A stretch of DNA of 62,586 bases, the filler included. It is 5 parts of 5 records of this genome, joined end to end, with 100 filler letters (N's around TTAATTAATTAA, not from the genome) between each part and the next. Parts side by side here need not be neighbours in the genome. Positions count along the whole stretch, not along the records: positions 28,402 to 45,803 come from DRR723986_8082; 4 more parts are not named here. One strand, written 5' to 3'. Below, in pieces: positions 29,212 through 38,847 of this stretch. Under the pieces are notes generated by a model, which was not told the origin of the DNA, ran no database searches, and was given only the letters and a program-made list of their open reading frames with translations. The position numbers and the translations under genes are program-made. Position 1 is the first letter of the stretch. Each line of letters begins with the position of its first letter.

Positions 29212-30446
29212 TGACCTCTTTCCTCTTCCGCGCCATGGACGCCCGAGCTGGGATCTTCCTCGCCATCATGGCGGCCGTGATTGTTCTGGTTCCTGCCGGC
29301 AACCTGCTTGTCCCGGAAGGCTCGGCCTTCCATGTTCCGACCTACGCGGTCACCCTGATGGGCAAATACCTGACCTACGCGTTGTTGGCGTTGGCGGTAG
29401 ATCTGGTCTGGGGCTATTGCGGCATTCTCTCGCTCGGTCATGCGGCCTTCTTCGCGCTTGGCGGCTATGCCATGGGCATGTACCTGATGCGCCAGATCGG
29501 GACCCGCGGCGTTTATGGCGACCCGATCCTGCCGGATTTCATGGTGTTTCTGAACTGGGGAGAACTGCCCTGGTACTGGTACGGCTTCGACATATTCTGG
29601 TTTGCGGCGCTCATGGTGCTGCTGGTGCCGGGTGTGCTGGCCTTCGTCTTCGGCTGGTTCGCCTTCCGCTCACGCGTCACCGGGGTTTACCTGTCGATCA
29701 TCACGCAGGCCCTCACGTATGCGCTGCTGCTTGCCTTCTTCCGGAACGACATGGGTTTTGGCGGCAACAACGGCCTGACCGACTTCAAGGACATTCTCGG
29801 CTTTGATATTCAAGCCGACACGACCCGCGCGGGCCTGTTTGCAGCCTCAGGCCTGGCGCTGGTCCTGTGTTTTCTCATCTGCCGGGCGATCACCCGATCG
29901 AAACTCGGCAAGGTGCTGGTGGCCGTGCGCGACGCGGAGAGCCGGACACGCTTCCTGGGCTACCGTGTGGAACACTACAAGCTGTTCGTCTGGACCCTGT
30001 CGGCCATGATGGCCGGTATCGCCGGTGCCCTTTACGTGCCGCAGGTCGGCATCATCAACCCGGGTGAATTTGCACCCGCCAACTCCATCGAGGTGGTGAT
30101 CTGGGTTGCCGTCGGCGGGCGCGGAACGCTGGTCGGGGCCGTTCTCGGCGCCGTTCTGGTCAACTTCGCCAAGACATGGTTCACCGCCGCCCTGCCCGAC
30201 ATCTGGCTCTTTGCGCTTGGCGGCCTCTTCGTGGTCGTGACCCTGTTCCTGCCGAAGGGCATCGTCGGCACCCTTTCCCAGGGCTGGACGGCCTTGCGGC
30301 AACGGAAAGTCTCCAAAGACTTCGAAGCCGGGTCGGACCAACCTCCGAGCCAGGCGCCGCAGTCGCCCGCATCCCCGGCCAACGTCAGCCCGAAAAAATC
30401 TGCCTCGACCGTTCCGGCGGATGCCGAACCCCAGCCCGCGGAGTAA
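29208..30446 (+). CDS. urtC: Urea ABC transporter permease UrtC
   Basis: DLVWGYCGILSLGH, LPDFM, GGNNGLTDF, WVAVGGRGTL. Confidence 0.95.
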   Translation: MMTSFLFRAMDARAGIFLAIMAAVIVLVPAGNLLVPEGSAFHVPTYAVTLMGKYLTYALLALAVDLVWGYCGILSLGHAAFFALGGYAMGMYLMRQIGTRGVYGDPILPDFMVFLNWGELPWYWYGFDIFWFAALMVLLVPGVLAFVFGWFAFRSRVTGVYLSIITQALTYALLLAFFRNDMGFGGNNGLTDFKDILGFDIQADTTRAGLFAASGLALVLCFLICRAITRSKLGKVLVAVRDAESRTRFLGYRVEHYKLFVWTLSAMMAGIAGALYVPQVGIINPGEFAPANSIEVVIWVAVGGRGTLVGAVLGAVLVNFAKTWFTAALPDIWLFALGGLFVVVTLFLPKGIVGTLSQGWTALRQRKVSKDFEAGSDQPPSQAPQSPASPANVSPKKSASTVPADAEPQPAE

Positions 30447-30450
30447 AGCC

Positions 30451-31197
30451 ATGGCACGATCTTCCAGTCTTCTTTATCTCGACGGCGTGTCGGTTTCCTT
30501 TGACGGTTTCAAGGCATTGAACGAATTGTCGCTGACGATTGCCCCGGGTGAAATGCGGGCCATCATCGGTCCCAACGGGGCAGGCAAGACCACGATGATG
30601 GACGTCATTACCGGCAAGACCCGACCGGACAGTGGCGAGGTCTTTTTCAACGGCACCGTGGACCTTACCGGCGAGGACGAAGCTTCGATCGCCGAACTCG
30701 GGATCGGCCGCAAGTTTCAAAAGCCGACCGTTTTTGAGAGCCATACCGTCTGGGACAACCTGGAACTGGCCCTGAAGGCACCCCGCGGTCCATTTGCGAC
30801 CCTGTTTCATGTCATTTCGGGTGCTGAGAAGAAGCGGGTCGAATATCTGCTCGATCTGATCCGGCTTGGTTCGAAGAGAAGCGAGCTCGCAGCCAACCTA
30901 AGCCACGGCCAGAAGCAGTGGCTGGAGATCGGCATGCTGCTGGCCCAGGATCCGAAGCTGCTTCTCGTGGACGAGCCTGCTGCCGGCATGACGGATGCCG
31001 AAACTGCCGAAACCGCTGAACTTCTGAAGGATATCGCCAATGATCACTCGGTCGTCGTGGTCGAGCACGACATGGTGTTTGTGCGCTCCCTGGGTGTCAA
31101 AGTCACCGTTCTCCACGAAGGCTCGGTCCTGGCTGAAGGCTCACTCGACCATGTCTCAGCCGACGAACGTGTCGTGGAAGTTTATCTCGGACGATGA
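30451..31197 (+). CDS. urtD: Urea ABC transporter ATP-binding protein UrtD
   Basis: VSFDGFKAL, GPNGAGKT, GRKFQKP, LSHGQKQWLEIG. Confidence 0.95.
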   Translation: MARSSSLLYLDGVSVSFDGFKALNELSLTIAPGEMRAIIGPNGAGKTTMMDVITGKTRPDSGEVFFNGTVDLTGEDEASIAELGIGRKFQKPTVFESHTVWDNLELALKAPRGPFATLFHVISGAEKKRVEYLLDLIRLGSKRSELAANLSHGQKQWLEIGMLLAQDPKLLLVDEPAAGMTDAETAETAELLKDIANDHSVVVVEHDMVFVRSLGVKVTVLHEGSVLAEGSLDHVSADERVVEVYLGR

Positions 31198-31311
31198 GGA
31201 GTAGGCTTTGTCTTTCGCGTCTCGTCGCTCGTGGAAGTGATACGGCGATACCGACAACGAACGAACCAACGGCCACAAGGCGCATCGCGATCAGCCAAGG
31301 GAAGTCAGCTC

Positions 31312-32007
31312 ATGCTGCAAGTTGAAAACATCGATCTTCATTATGGCGCCGCCCAGGCGCTGAAGAAGGTTTCGCTGAAGGCCGAGACCGGCAAGGTAAC
31401 CTGTCTGATGGGGCGCAATGGTGTTGGCAAGACGTCCACCTTGCGTGCCGTGGCCGGCCAACACGGCATCAGCGCCGGCAAGATCCTGTGGGACGGCGAG
31501 GACATATCCTCGCTGGCAGCCCACGCCCGCGCCAAGAAAGGCATCGCGATCGTGCCGCAGGGACGCGAGATCTTCCCTCTTCTATCGGTAAAGGAAAATC
31601 TTGAGACCGGCTATGCCCCGATCCCGCGCAAGGAACGGTTCATTCCCGATACGATCTTCGAACTTTTCCCGGTGCTCAAGGACATGCTGTCCCGCCGTGG
31701 CGGTGATCTGTCCGGCGGACAGCAGCAGCAGCTCGCGATTGCACGAGCCCTGGTCACCCGTCCGAAACTTCTGGTGCTTGATGAACCGACGGAAGGCATC
31801 CAGCCTTCAATCATCAAGGACATTGGCCGGGCAATCTCGTGGCTGCGCGACCAGGGCACGATGGCCATCGTGCTGGTGGAACAATATTTCGAGTTCGCCC
31901 GTGATCTGGCCGACGATTATGCCGTCATGGACCGCGGCGAAGTGGTGCTCTCGGGCACGGGGGCCGACCTTTCTGAAACGGAAGTCCGTCGGTATCTGAC
32001 TGTTTAG
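31312..32007 (+). CDS. urtE: Urea ABC transporter ATP-binding protein UrtE
   Basis: GRNGVGKT, VPQGREIF, LSGGQQQQL, DEPTEGIQPS. Confidence 0.95.
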   Translation: MLQVENIDLHYGAAQALKKVSLKAETGKVTCLMGRNGVGKTSTLRAVAGQHGISAGKILWDGEDISSLAAHARAKKGIAIVPQGREIFPLLSVKENLETGYAPIPRKERFIPDTIFELFPVLKDMLSRRGGDLSGGQQQQLAIARALVTRPKLLVLDEPTEGIQPSIIKDIGRAISWLRDQGTMAIVLVEQYFEFARDLADDYAVMDRGEVVLSGTGADLSETEVRRYLTV

Positions 32008-32182
32008 GCCAGGGGCACGTCTCCCAAAGCTCACTTTTCCGCCTCATCGTGGGGAGCTGCTTCAACGATGCTGCGTGAGATGATGGGGCTAGGCGCTCTG
32101 TTACCCGCATTTGACGCAGGCAGTGCAGTTGATAGGGTGCGGGCAAATCGCCCACCTCATCATCCTTCCCAGCCGGATCGTC

Positions 32183-33469
32183 ATGTCAGAACCACTTTCT
32201 AACGAAGCCATTTCCGCAATCACCGCTGCCGTTGACGCCGCATTCGAGGACGAGATCGCCTTCCTGCAGGATATCGTGCGGGCAAGATCCCTTCGCGGTG
32301 AGGAGGCCGGTGTCCAGAAGATCATTGCAGACGCTCTCCGTGACCGTGCCTATGACGTCGAGACCTATGCGCTTGATGTGACGCAACTGCAGTCTCATCC
32401 GGCCTATTCTCCAGCCACTATCGACTACACCGACACGTTCAACGTCAGTGGTCGCAAGAAATCTGGCCATGGCGGACGTTCGTTGATCCTGAATGCCCAC
32501 GTTGATGTTGTTCCCACTGCCAATCCGGCAAACTGGACCCATCCGCCGTTTGCAGCCGTGCGCGAGGGCGATTGGCTTTTCGGACGGGGCGCGGGGGACA
32601 TGAAGGCAGGCCTCGCAGCCAATCTCTTCGCAATCGATGCCATCGAGGCTGCCGGGTTCAGCTTGAAAGGGCCGCTCGAGTTCCAGTCTGTCATCGACGA
32701 AGAGGTGACGGGCAATGGCACCGCAGCTGCGATCATGAATGGTGCGACGGCGGACGCGGTTCTCATTCCCGAGCCGACAGACGAAGAGGTCACCTATGCA
32801 AATTCCGGAGTCATCAAGTTCCGGATCTCCGTCCAGGGCGTGCCGGCTCACCCACGTGAGCCGGAGTCAGGCCTCAGCGCAATCGAGGCGGCGTTCCTCG
32901 TCATCAATGAGTTGAAGGTTCTGGAAGCTCGCTGGAATGAGGAAAAGATCGGCCATCCCGGCTTCGACGATCTGCGCAATCCTGCAAGCCTCAACATCGG
33001 CACCATCAACGGCGGCGAATGGCCGGCGTCCATCCCGTTTGAATGCCGTTTCGAAGGCCGGATCGGATTTTATCCGGGTGACGCCCCGCAAGACCGGATG
33101 GCCAGCGTGGAACAGATGCTGAAAACGCTTGGTACGAAGGATCCCCGGCTTGAAAAAGCCAATCCAAAGCTCGAATGGATCGGGACATGTCAGGCAGGAT
33201 ATCTTCTTGCCGAAGGCAGCGACGCGGAAAATGCGCTCGCCGCCGCACACAAGATCACGTCCGAAACTGCGCTCAAACGGTCGATCATGGCCTGCTATCT
33301 GGATGCGGCTCTTTATGTGAACCATTGCGGCATTCCCGCCCTCACCTATGGCCCGCTGACAAAGAACATTCACGGCATAGACGAATGCGTGAACCTGCCG
33401 TCGCTGAATAGAGTGACGAAGACGATCGCCCTGTTTACCGCTGCCTGGTGCGGCATCGCACCGACGTAG
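32183..33469 (+). CDS. M20-family ArgE/DapE-like deacylase/amidohydrolase
   Basis: NAHVDVVP, GRGAGDMKAG, DEE, PEP, IHGIDE metal ligands. Confidence 0.9.
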   Translation: MSEPLSNEAISAITAAVDAAFEDEIAFLQDIVRARSLRGEEAGVQKIIADALRDRAYDVETYALDVTQLQSHPAYSPATIDYTDTFNVSGRKKSGHGGRSLILNAHVDVVPTANPANWTHPPFAAVREGDWLFGRGAGDMKAGLAANLFAIDAIEAAGFSLKGPLEFQSVIDEEVTGNGTAAAIMNGATADAVLIPEPTDEEVTYANSGVIKFRISVQGVPAHPREPESGLSAIEAAFLVINELKVLEARWNEEKIGHPGFDDLRNPASLNIGTINGGEWPASIPFECRFEGRIGFYPGDAPQDRMASVEQMLKTLGTKDPRLEKANPKLEWIGTCQAGYLLAEGSDAENALAAAHKITSETALKRSIMACYLDAALYVNHCGIPALTYGPLTKNIHGIDECVNLPSLNRVTKTIALFTAAWCGIAPT

Positions 33470-33796
33470 GCCAGTTCAGCTGCACCGAAATGAGGAGGCC
33501 CTTCTTCGCACAGGGCCTTCCTTCCGGAGGAGCACATCCCCTCTTTAGCCAGAAAAATGCTCCCGTTTTTTGTGTCGTTCCGTTAGTCTTCAAGACCGGG
33601 ACGCGTTCAGGCAATTGCAGACGCCTCATCCTGTCCCTTTTCAGAGTAGTGTACGGAGCAGAATTTCAAAATTTCAAACAATACGTTTTCAACGAACTGG
33701 TCTTTTGCTGCCGGTCCATGTAATTCGGGCAGCACCTAGCGGGCTTATGGTGATTGACTAGCGCCTGAAGACCACCCAGAAGCAGGAAAATTTAAA

Positions 33797-35104
33797 ATGC
33801 GTGTTGCAATGATTGGGACCGGCTATGTCGGTCTGGTGTCCGGAACCTGTTTTGCCGATTTCGGACATGTCGTGACCTGCATCGACAAGGATGCAAGCAA
33901 GATCGACGCCCTGAACAACGGACAGATCCCGATCTATGAACCTGGCTTGCAGGAACTCGTTGCAAAGAACGTTGCCGAAGAACGCCTCTTCTTTACCACT
34001 GCTCCTGAAGAAGCGATCCGCAAAGCGGATGCCGTTTTCATTGCCGTCGGCACGCCGACCCGCCGAGGCGATGGCCATGCCGATCTTTCCTACGTTTATG
34101 CCGCGGCAGAGGAAATCGCACGACTGATCGAGGGCTTCACCGTGATCGTCACCAAATCGACCGTTCCGGTCGGCACGGGAGACGAAGTGGAAGCGATCAT
34201 CCGCAAGACCAACCCTGACGCAGAATTCGCCGTCGTTTCAAATCCGGAATTCCTGCGCGAAGGCGCCGCCATCAGCGACTTCAAACGCCCCGACCGGGTG
34301 GTGGTCGGGACCGATGACGAGCGCGCGGTCGAAGTGATGCGTGAGCTTTACCGCCCGCTGTATCTCAACGAAACCCCGATCATCGTGACCCGCCGCCGCA
34401 CATCGGAACTCACCAAATACGCGGCCAATGCGTTTCTCGCGGTCAAGATCACCTTCATCAACGAAATTGCAGACCTGTGTGAGAAAGTCGGTGCAAACGT
34501 CCAGGAAGTCTCGCGCGGTATCGGCCTCGACAACCGCATCGGCGGCAAGTTCCTGCATGCCGGCCCTGGCTACGGCGGCTCCTGCTTTCCGAAGGACACT
34601 CTTGCCCTCTCGCGGATCGCCGCGGATGCACAGTCCGATCTGAAGATCGTCGATTCCGTCATCGAGGTGAACGCGGCCCGCAAGAAGAAGATGGCCGACA
34701 AGGTGATCGAATTCATGGGCGGCGACGTAAGCGGCAAGACGATCGCGCTGCTTGGCCTCGCCTTCAAGCCCAATACGGACGACATGCGCGAAGCTCCGAG
34801 CATCGACATCGTGGAAAAACTGCAGGCTGCTGGTGCCAAAATCCGTGCCTACGACCCGGCCAGCATGGAAGAAGCCGAGAAGGTCATGTCGGGTGTGATG
34901 TTCTGCGATGGACCCTATCATGCCATCGAGAACGCAGATGTGGTTGTAATCGTTACGGAGTGGGATCAGTTCCGTGCGCTTGACCTCGACCGCGTCAAAA
35001 CTCTGGTCTCTGCACCCAAGGTTGTCGACCTGCGAAATATCTACAAGCCGGACTACATGGAAGCCCGTGGCTTCGAGTACACCAGCGTCGGCCGCAGCTA
35101 CTAA
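33797..35104 (+). CDS. ugd: UDP-glucose 6-dehydrogenase
   Basis: GTGYVG, KSTVPVG, SNPEFLREG, GYGGSCFPKD, AFKPNTDD.RE. Confidence 0.96.
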   Translation: MRVAMIGTGYVGLVSGTCFADFGHVVTCIDKDASKIDALNNGQIPIYEPGLQELVAKNVAEERLFFTTAPEEAIRKADAVFIAVGTPTRRGDGHADLSYVYAAAEEIARLIEGFTVIVTKSTVPVGTGDEVEAIIRKTNPDAEFAVVSNPEFLREGAAISDFKRPDRVVVGTDDERAVEVMRELYRPLYLNETPIIVTRRRTSELTKYAANAFLAVKITFINEIADLCEKVGANVQEVSRGIGLDNRIGGKFLHAGPGYGGSCFPKDTLALSRIAADAQSDLKIVDSVIEVNAARKKKMADKVIEFMGGDVSGKTIALLGLAFKPNTDDMREAPSIDIVEKLQAAGAKIRAYDPASMEEAEKVMSGVMFCDGPYHAIENADVVVIVTEWDQFRALDLDRVKTLVSAPKVVDLRNIYKPDYMEARGFEYTSVGRSY

Positions 35105-35177
35105 GCGGCCGGTTTCCACTCCAGAATTTAATATCCTATGCGAACGTCGAGCTAACCCTAGCCCGGCGTTCAATTTT

Positions 35178-35297
35178 TTAAAAATTAATTAAATTTCACA
35201 TCACTTTTGACGTCGGAACATTGCTCCCGTCGCGTCACTATGGTAACCAAACCCTTAATGGATAACAATTTTCCCGATCTTGTTACCCAAATATTAA
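35178..35297. promoter_or_regulatory. AT-rich region with CtrA-like boxes upstream of the priming glycosyltransferase
   Basis: TTAA-N7-TTAA at 35178-35192 and TTAC-N7-TTAAC at 35283-35298. Confidence 0.45.
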
Positions 35298-35434
35298 CGG
35301 TACGATCGTGATTGCGACTGCCTCCAGACAGGTTGCTGGCGCACATCAAGTGGTCTCGTAAATCGGGTTGAGGCTGGCATATCTTGGCAGACGAAACAGT
35401 ATCTTACGAAGCAGATGATCACGGCCGCGAAGCA

Positions 35435-36136
35435 ATGAATATTGCCGGCTTCGCGACGTGGGGCTATCCGCACCCCGACCTGCTCGATGCGACAAACCGT
35501 GCCTCCCGCGACCTCCGCCCGGCACGCGGAGTGATTCAATCCGGACTGAAGAAATGTATTGACCTGACCGGTGCAAGTGCCGGCCTTCTACTGCTTTTTC
35601 CCTTATTTGTTGCACTCGCGGTTGCAATAAAACTGACAAGCCGCGGACCGGTATTTTTCCGTCAGTGGCGCTACGGTTTGAACGGCAAGAAGTTTGCCGT
35701 TCTCAAGTTCCGGACGATGTACGCCAACCAGTGCGACAGCACCGGGATTTCGCAAACCGTTGCCAACGATCCGCGCGTCACATTGATCGGCGCCTTCCTT
35801 CGCAAGAGCAACTTCGATGAATTGCCGCAGCTCATTAACGTGTTGCGGGGAGAGATGTCCCTGGTAGGTCCTCGGCCGCATGTGCCCGGCATGCTGGCCG
35901 CCGGAATGCCTTATGAAGACTTCCACCCCAGGTATATGGACCGCCACAAGGTGCTTCCGGGCATCACAGGCCTGGCACAGGTCAACGGCTTTCGCGGGGA
36001 AACCAAAAACCCTCATGCGGCCCGTATGCGGCTGGCCTATGATCTTGCCTACATCGAGCGTCAGTCGGTTATCCTTGATGTCAAAATCCTCGCGACGACG
36101 GTCGCCAGGGAATTCTTCAACGGCAACGGCTACTGA
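35435..36136 (+). CDS. Undecaprenyl-phosphate priming sugar transferase (small monotopic PGT, WcaJ/HfsE-type catalytic domain)
   Basis: [42 protein letters not shown]; start uncertain (35384 TTG or 35435 ATG). Confidence 0.9.
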   Translation: MNIAGFATWGYPHPDLLDATNRASRDLRPARGVIQSGLKKCIDLTGASAGLLLLFPLFVALAVAIKLTSRGPVFFRQWRYGLNGKKFAVLKFRTMYANQCDSTGISQTVANDPRVTLIGAFLRKSNFDELPQLINVLRGEMSLVGPRPHVPGMLAAGMPYEDFHPRYMDRHKVLPGITGLAQVNGFRGETKNPHAARMRLAYDLAYIERQSVILDVKILATTVAREFFNGNGY

Positions 36137-36181
36137 ACCGCCGGCAAATCCTCAAGCAGTGTCACGGGCAGAGACGCAGGA

Positions 36182-36625
36182 TCATGCGTCTGCGCACAAA
36201 GTCGCCATGCGCTGCAGGGCAAGCAGGTAACCCTCCACACCGCAGCCAGCAATCACCGCATCCGCCCGGGCTGAAACGTAGGAATGGTGCCGGAAGCTTT
36301 CCCGTTTGTGGATGTTGGAGACATGAACCTCGATCACCGGGCAGGTGCAGGTATTCAATGCGTCCAGAATTGCGATCGACGTGTGCGTATAGGCCGCCGG
36401 GTTGATGATGATACCCGCGGCCGCTTCCCTCGCCTCATGGATCCAGTCGATAAGCACATGTTCGGCATTGCTCTGATGGAATGCAATCTCCAGCCCCTTG
36501 GGCGCAGCGGCGGCCTCACACATCGCACGGACGTCATCCAGGGTCTGAGCCCCGTAGATCTCCGGTTCCCGCTTGCCGAGCAGATTGAGATTCGGACCGT
36601 TCAGAACATAGATGATTTTTGCCAT
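36182..36625 (-). CDS. aroQ: Type II 3-dehydroquinate dehydratase
   Basis: [40 protein letters not shown]. Confidence 0.97.
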   Translation of the reverse strand: MAKIIYVLNGPNLNLLGKREPEIYGAQTLDDVRAMCEAAAAPKGLEIAFHQSNAEHVLIDWIHEAREAAAGIIINPAAYTHTSIAILDALNTCTCPVIEVHVSNIHKRESFRHHSYVSARADAVIAGCGVEGYLLALQRMATLCADA

Positions 36626-36824
36626 TGAATTTTCCCTAGACCTTCGTCGACAACTTGCCCCGCACTGGCGATTTTTACCAAGAAATTCGAAGATTTCCGG
36701 CAAAAGTTTGTGGACGATTGTTATCGGAGGTGATACCGCGGTCCCGCATCCTTGCGACGCTCGGTTTTACGCATTATTAACTATAAAACTCCAGTGTGAG
36801 AAAAAATCGGCTCATCGGGTAACC

Positions 36825-37052
36825 ATGATTAAACTCCGCGAACGGTTGGACACACTTGAAGCTTTGATGGCCGCCATCGAAGGCTACCATCATCTCCCTA
36901 TCGATGTTCTTTCCCAGTTCCTGCTCGACCACTACACGGTTGATCTTGACGTTCTGGCGCAGTTTGCCGAAGCGGCAGAAGGTGCCCAAGCTCAAGGCGC
37001 ATCGTCTTATGCGGCAGCGGAAAATCGCGCGGCAGCACAGTCGGCCGCCTGA
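36825..37052 (+). CDS. Small hypothetical protein (75 aa) with Ala-rich tail ending in AA
   Basis: ORF from ATG 36825 fills the aroQ/regulator gap; helical acidic core; tail YAAAENRAAAQSAA. Confidence 0.6.
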   Translation: MIKLRERLDTLEALMAAIEGYHHLPIDVLSQFLLDHYTVDLDVLAQFAEAAEGAQAQGASSYAAAENRAAAQSAA

Positions 37053-37085
37053 CGCGTCCACATCACATTCAGCTGAATTTTACGC

Positions 37086-37616
37086 TTAACCGATCGCGGT
37101 GAGGTTACCGTCGCCTTCGCCGCCCTGCGGTTGCGGCTGGCCGGGGCCACCTTGCCAGATCTTCTGGCGGTTCCGGATTTCGCGCGGAGCAGGGCCGAAA
37201 TAGGTGGCCGTCTTGATGAAATCGCGCGGGTGCAGGATCACGCTGGATACACGCTGATACAGTGCCTTTGCCGAGATCGGCTTGGACAGCAGCTCGTGTA
37301 CGCCGAGCCGGCGCGCTTCCACGATCCGGCTACGCTCGGTGTGGGCGGTCACCATGATAATCGGGATATAGGCGAAGGGATTGTTCGGACTGCGGATCAT
37401 GCGCACCATGTCCGCCCCGTCCAGGATCGGCATGACCCAATCCAGAATAAGGATGTCAGGGTTCGCCCGGTCCATGGCCTCCAGGCCGGACGCGCCGTCT
37501 TCAGCCTCGACAATGCGCCGCGCACCGAACCCCTGCAGCATGGTGCGCAGGATGGTCCGCATGTAAGCACTGTCTTCGACCAGCAAGAATGTCAGAGAGG
37601 CAAGATCCAGGCTCAC
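37086..37616 (-). CDS. CheY-like response regulator with Cle-type C-terminal extension
   Basis: LLVEDS, ILDWVMP, MVT, LSKP; extension PRDFIKTATYFGPAPR; GTG start with AGGAGGA RBS. Confidence 0.9.
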   Translation of the reverse strand: MSLDLASLTFLLVEDSAYMRTILRTMLQGFGARRIVEAEDGASGLEAMDRANPDILILDWVMPILDGADMVRMIRSPNNPFAYIPIIMVTAHTERSRIVEARRLGVHELLSKPISAKALYQRVSSVILHPRDFIKTATYFGPAPREIRNRQKIWQGGPGQPQPQGGEGDGNLTAIG

Positions 37617-37905
37617 CTAGTCCTCCTTGTTTGACTTAACCTTTGCCATGAAAGTCTGAACAATGAGTTAGTCTCCGGCCGCGAGGGCCCACAAACATCC
37701 GCCGACGCAGCATCGACTTTGAATAGTTTCGGAAAGGCTGAGAAATTACTCGCAATACACTGAGGGATTTCACCTATTGGTAATATTGCGCTCAATTAAT
37801 CTTTTGGCCGGTTCGATATTAACGGGACTTTCAATTGTACGCCCCCATCTTTCAGGCAAGAAATCGAACTGAATGAGCAGCCTTTTGCAAACGATTGTAA
37901 GAACC

Positions 37906-38073
37906 ATGTCCCGGGATCCTGAAACGTTCGGGGAAGACGATCCGCTCCCTATGGAGCATGAACCGTCCGACCTCGGCACAAATGCAAGACTGAGAGACAA
38001 TCTCCTTCTGCTTGCCGGCATAGGGCTCGTCCTGCTTGCCACAGGCATGGCCCTGTCCAACGTCCTCTCCTAA
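37906..38073 (+). CDS. Small (55 aa) protein with C-terminal TM helix
   Basis: Acidic N-terminus then LLLLAGIGLVLLATGMALS. Confidence 0.5.
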   Translation: MSRDPETFGEDDPLPMEHEPSDLGTNARLRDNLLLLAGIGLVLLATGMALSNVLS

Positions 38074-38103
38074 GCTGCCCGTTGTGCCTTGCCGCGGCAG
38101 GGC

Positions 38104-38775
38104 TCAGGCAAGGCGCGGCTTCCGGGCACTGAAGAGTGCCACGCACCCGATCCTTTCAATCGTCACCTCGGCAAAGCGTTTTTCAAGTTCCGCTCGCAAA
38201 GTGTCCTGCGTGTCAGCTTCGTTTGAAAAGACACCCTTGCGGTTATAGATCTGCATCAGCTTGCGGGCAGCACCGGACCGCGGCGCATCGCCTTGCAGGA
38301 TGGTGGAGCCAAAGACCGTTGCCCCTTCTTCGAGATGCGGTACTGCATGATCGAAAATCACTGCCTTTTCAGTCATGGTTCCCGGAAGACAATGAAGCAC
38401 GTAGTTGAGGCCGATGGTCTTGAAACTGCCTATATCTTTTGGCCACGGCACGAGTGCATCTGCTTGAACGGTGACGGGGTTCAAGCGGGCAATCCTGGCG
38501 GCAGCCTTGTCGAGGCACTCCCGGTTGGGGTCGAGCAACGTCACGCTTGGATCTGCAACGGGAAACCTGGTCTTGTCCAGGAAGTAACCGGTGCCCACGC
38601 CGATATCCAGGTGATTGGCGGAAACATGCTGATCATAGAGCGCGACCAGATGAGAGCTCGGACAACGCCAGATCCAGCGGTTCGACAAACCCAGCACCAG
38701 GGCATCGTAGATGGCCAGCGACGTTCTGGAATAAACGGCGTAGCCCGGTTTGTGCGCGTCCGGAAACGAATCCAT
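38104..38775 (-). CDS. Class I SAM-dependent methyltransferase
   Basis: Motif I HLDIGVGTG, LLDPN, ADAL, LNYVLHCLPG; GGAG RBS. Confidence 0.9.
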   Translation of the reverse strand: MDSFPDAHKPGYAVYSRTSLAIYDALVLGLSNRWIWRCPSSHLVALYDQHVSANHLDIGVGTGYFLDKTRFPVADPSVTLLDPNRECLDKAAARIARLNPVTVQADALVPWPKDIGSFKTIGLNYVLHCLPGTMTEKAVIFDHAVPHLEEGATVFGSTILQGDAPRSGAARKLMQIYNRKGVFSNEADTQDTLRAELEKRFAEVTIERIGCVALFSARKPRLA

Positions 38776-38847
38776 GCATAGCTCCAGTTACCTTAAGGAA
38801 GGCATGGGGCTAGGCGCACGGGAACACAAAGTCAAGACTGCCGGCAA

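Noticed and set aside
33470..33796. 327-bp intergenic region with a hairpin (GGAGGCCCT..AGGGCCTTCC), considered as an sRNA or riboswitch
   Set aside because: No recognisable RNA-family motif by eye; the hairpin is explained as a terminator. An Rfam/Infernal scan would be decisive.
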